Source: a virus (taxonomy: Duplodnaviria > Caudoviricetes). From it: DNA of 37,267 bases. The stretch spans positions 1 through 37,267 of the IMG/VR virus record IMGVR_UViG_3300048577_000041; one strand, written 5' to 3'. The notes under the pieces are model-generated. The model saw only the letters and a list, made by a program, of their open reading frames with translations. It made no database searches and was not told where the DNA came from. Made by a program: the position numbers and the translations under genes. Shown here one piece after another: positions 34,604 to 37,267 of the stretch (the first letter of the stretch is position 1; each line of letters opens with the position of its first letter).

Positions 34604-36766
34604 ATGGCCGTGAGGGTCGTCGCCACCTCGACCGCTGTCCAGACCGGGGGGACCAGCATCACCGTGCCGGTCCCGACCGTCTTCAGCGACCCCGAGGGCG
34701 GGCCGGCGGCCCTCGCGGCGGGCGATGTGCTGCTGGTCTGTCACGGCGACCAGACCTCGGCCGCCACCAGCTACGACGGCAACGCCGCATTCACGCGCCT
34801 GGGGCCTTTCGTCGCGTCGTCGTCGGAGGGCCGGGTGATCGGCATCTGGGGCCGGCGGGTGACCAGCCCCGGATCCGAGCCGGCCGACTACGCCTTCACC
34901 CGGGCCGGGGCCGGGGTGTCCCGCTCGACCGCCGTGATGCTGGTCCTGCGCGGGGCCGACCCCACCTACCTGGACACGGCCGTGACCAGCTACCCGGGCA
35001 CCGCGATCACCACCGGCCGCCGCACCGAATCCCTCACCCCCGCCGTCGGCGGGTTGCAGGTCTTCTTCGCCCGCAGCGAGTTCACCGACGGCAACAGCCA
35101 CGTGCCCACCGGCACGCCGTCCGGGTTCGCGGTGGTGGTCAGTCATCAGGCGGGTACGGGCACGTCGGGGTCCCGGTCGGGATCCTGGGTCGGTACCCGC
35201 ACTGTGCCGGCGGGTGCGACCGGCACCAGTGACATCGTGTGGGCCGCCCCCGCCTCGCCCTCGGCCCAGTCGGTCGTGATCCGCGCCCAGACCGAGGAGG
35301 CCACAGCACGCACCGCCGAGGGCACCCTCACCCTCACCGGCACCGCTACCGCCACCGCACGGCTGCTGTACACCCCGCAGCCGTGGACGGTCACCGACAT
35401 GGACGACTGGATCGCCCAGGGCTACCCGGTGTCGTGGGCGCACCGCGGCGGCTCCGCCACCTGGTCGGAGATGACCATGTACGCCTACGACCGGGCCGTC
35501 GCCCACGGCGCCCGCGCGCTCGAGGTGTCGGTATGGCGCTCCAGCGACGGCGTCTGGATCATGTCCCACGACGCCAACCTGTCCCGGGTCACCGGCGCCA
35601 ACCTGGCGATCGGCTCCACCCCGGCAGCGGCCATGCTCGGCATGCCAGTCACCGCACCCACCAGCGGCGGCGTGATCGGACGCCTCGAGGAGGTACTCAC
35701 CGCCTACCCCGACCGGGTCCTGCTCGTCGACAACAAGTCCGGGGCCGCTTTCAGCGACTTCCTGGACTTGTTGTCGACGGTGCCCGACGCCACCGACCAC
35801 ATCGTGGTCAAGTTGTGGGGGCTCGCGAGCGTCTCCCAGTATCAGGCGGCCAAAGCGCGCGGATTGAAAACGGCCGGCTACTGGTATCCCGACTCCTACG
35901 CGGCCGAGTTACCGTCCCGGGTGGCCTGGACCGACTACATCGGCATGGAGTACACCGCCACCGCCGCCGACTGGGCAGCACTAGCCGCCTACGGCAAGCC
36001 GCTGTGGGGACACGTGCTGTGGACCCAAACCCAACTAGCCCAATGCGCCGCCGGCGGCGCCGCCATCTTCCAGCTCGCGAATGTGCTGGACCTGATGCCG
36101 CGGTGGAATCAGCTCGAGGCCCGGGCAAGAATCGGGCTGACCGGCCAGGCTGTCGGCACCGTCAGTGGCGGCGTCGCCGTCCGAACCGCGGCCGGGACGC
36201 TCACCCTAGCCGGCACGGCCGAGGCGCAACCATCTGGCGGCGTCCACGCTCGCACTGCGGCTGGGACGCTCACGCTCGCCGGCACCGCCACCGCCCAGGC
36301 CGACGGCGGCATGCACACCCGCACGGCCATCGGCCAGCTCACCCTGACCGGTACAGCTGAGGCCACGGTCGTGGGGGGTGTCGCGGCCCGTACCGCGGTA
36401 GGCGTGCTGACCCTGGACGGACAAGCCGCCGCCCGCAGTGTGCAGATCCGCACCGCCCTCGGCAGCCTCGCCCTGACCGGGACCGCCGACACCGCCGCCG
36501 TGATCACCCGCGCCGCAGTAGGCATCCTGATCCTCGACGGCACGGCGACCGCCACCCCTGACGGCGGCACCATCACCCGCACCGCCGAGGGCGTGCTCAC
36601 CGTCACCGGCCACGCCAACGCCACTGCTGCCGGTGGCACGATCGTCCGGACATCAGTCGGGCTGCTCCTCCTCGCCGGGATCGGCACCACCACCAGCGGC
36701 TGGCGCGACATCACCATCCGGGCCATCGACCGCCAACCCACCATCCGCGCCGCCGACAGGAGCTGA
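34604..36766 (+). CDS. virion-type protein with glycerophosphodiester phosphodiesterase (GDPD) domain and beta repeats
   Basis: AHRGG....EMT..AY..A...LEVSV.RSSDGV....HD, flanked by RTAxGxLTLxGTA repeats. Confidence 0.82.
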   Translation: MAVRVVATSTAVQTGGTSITVPVPTVFSDPEGGPAALAAGDVLLVCHGDQTSAATSYDGNAAFTRLGPFVASSSEGRVIGIWGRRVTSPGSEPADYAFTRAGAGVSRSTAVMLVLRGADPTYLDTAVTSYPGTAITTGRRTESLTPAVGGLQVFFARSEFTDGNSHVPTGTPSGFAVVVSHQAGTGTSGSRSGSWVGTRTVPAGATGTSDIVWAAPASPSAQSVVIRAQTEEATARTAEGTLTLTGTATATARLLYTPQPWTVTDMDDWIAQGYPVSWAHRGGSATWSEMTMYAYDRAVAHGARALEVSVWRSSDGVWIMSHDANLSRVTGANLAIGSTPAAAMLGMPVTAPTSGGVIGRLEEVLTAYPDRVLLVDNKSGAAFSDFLDLLSTVPDATDHIVVKLWGLASVSQYQAAKARGLKTAGYWYPDSYAAELPSRVAWTDYIGMEYTATAADWAALAAYGKPLWGHVLWTQTQLAQCAAGGAAIFQLANVLDLMPRWNQLEARARIGLTGQAVGTVSGGVAVRTAAGTLTLAGTAEAQPSGGVHARTAAGTLTLAGTATAQADGGMHTRTAIGQLTLTGTAEATVVGGVAARTAVGVLTLDGQAAARSVQIRTALGSLALTGTADTAAVITRAAVGILILDGTATATPDGGTITRTAEGVLTVTGHANATAAGGTIVRTSVGLLLLAGIGTTTSGWRDITIRAIDRQPTIRAADRS

Positions 36767-36769
36767 CCC

Positions 36770-37075
36770 ATGCCCCACCTGCACCGCTACGACCGCATCC
36801 TGTGGGCACCCGACCTCACCGCCCTAGACGACCACGACCAGCCCGTCGACCCCCAACCCACCGCCTGGGTCGCGTCCTTCGACAAGGGCGCGACCTGGAT
36901 CCTGGCCCGACCCCACCCCGGGCACGGCCGGCCCTGCTGGCTCATCCAAGGCCCCGACGCCCCCGACGGCCCCGCCCCGGACGCCACCCTCTCCGACAAC
37001 TACGGCCAGATCTGGATCCGGCTCATCGTCACCCCCGAAGCACTCCACACCACCATCGCCTACACCTGCACCTGA
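36770..37075 (+). CDS. hypothetical protein
   Basis: AGGAG RBS and ATG start. Confidence 0.65.
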   Translation: MPHLHRYDRILWAPDLTALDDHDQPVDPQPTAWVASFDKGATWILARPHPGHGRPCWLIQGPDAPDGPAPDATLSDNYGQIWIRLIVTPEALHTTIAYTCT

Positions 37076-37101
37076 CCGCTGCCACCCTGCACACCAACAG
37101 T

Positions 37102-37140
37102 GCCCCACCCCTCACCGGGTGGGGCCACTTCGTGCGTTCT
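37102..37140 (+). terminator. intrinsic terminator between convergent genes
   Basis: GCCCCACCC-CTCACC-GGGTGGGGC followed by a T-rich tail. Confidence 0.65.
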
Positions 37141-37267
37141 CAGTCAGGCCGAGCTTGCCTCGCCACCGGCCGACGGTAGAGGCGCCGATCCCGATCCGTC
37201 CTGCCGCCTGCCGGAGAGTGAGGGCACTCGTCTGCCGGATAGCGTCCTCGATCCCCGCGAACCCCGC
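37112..37267 (-). CDS. HTH-containing protein, 3' part only
   Basis: The reverse frame reads ...IRQTSALTLRQAAGRIGIGASTVGRWRGKLGL...TGA, which contains an HTH pattern. Confidence 0.55.
   Translation of the reverse strand, partial: AGFAGIEDAIRQTSALTLRQAAGRIGIGASTVGRWRGKLGLTENARSGPTR

Noticed and set aside
28494-35800. Long minus-strand ORFs such as 28494..29918 and 34046..35800
   Set aside because: They are antisense shadows of high-GC coding genes, with Arg/Pro/Gly-rich low-information translations.
1-37267. Integrase, repressor, att site, cas1/cas2, canonical CRISPR array, or a self-target of the candidate spacer
   Set aside because: None was recognisable by eye within the window. They may lie outside it, and a computational search is needed to exclude partial spacer matches.

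Overview
This is about 37 kb of a high-GC temperate-style siphophage or prophage, probably from an actinobacterial host. Almost all genes lie on the + strand and are translationally coupled. In order it holds: (1) an early/accessory region at 1-6370 (DUF6745-like repeat protein, DNA methyltransferase, Mom/XF1762-like GNAT protein, DUF4326); (2) a replication module at 6370-8801 (initiator with internal iteron-like repeats, DnaB/RepA-type helicase, SSB); (3) a complete type IV-B-like CRISPR-Cas effector operon inserted after ssb at 8821-12881 (cas6e-like, csf1, cas11, csf2, csf3, small wHTH, cysH-like); (4) a putative late regulator, followed by a structured non-coding region at about 13.9-14.5 kb; (5) HNH, a cos-like region, terminases, HK97-type head genes with a glycosyltransferase, tail genes with a -1 frameshift, a lysis cassette with an NlpC/P60-EEP fusion, and a post-lysis module with a GDPD protein. 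The non-coding region contains a type I-E-like repeat, roughly 60-nt periodic hairpins and two degenerate tRNAs. The strongest candidate for novelty is a phage-borne type IV-B operon that carries its own Cas6e, together with a candidate cryptic guide-RNA/tRNA locus. All family calls come from motif recognition by eye; no database searches were run.
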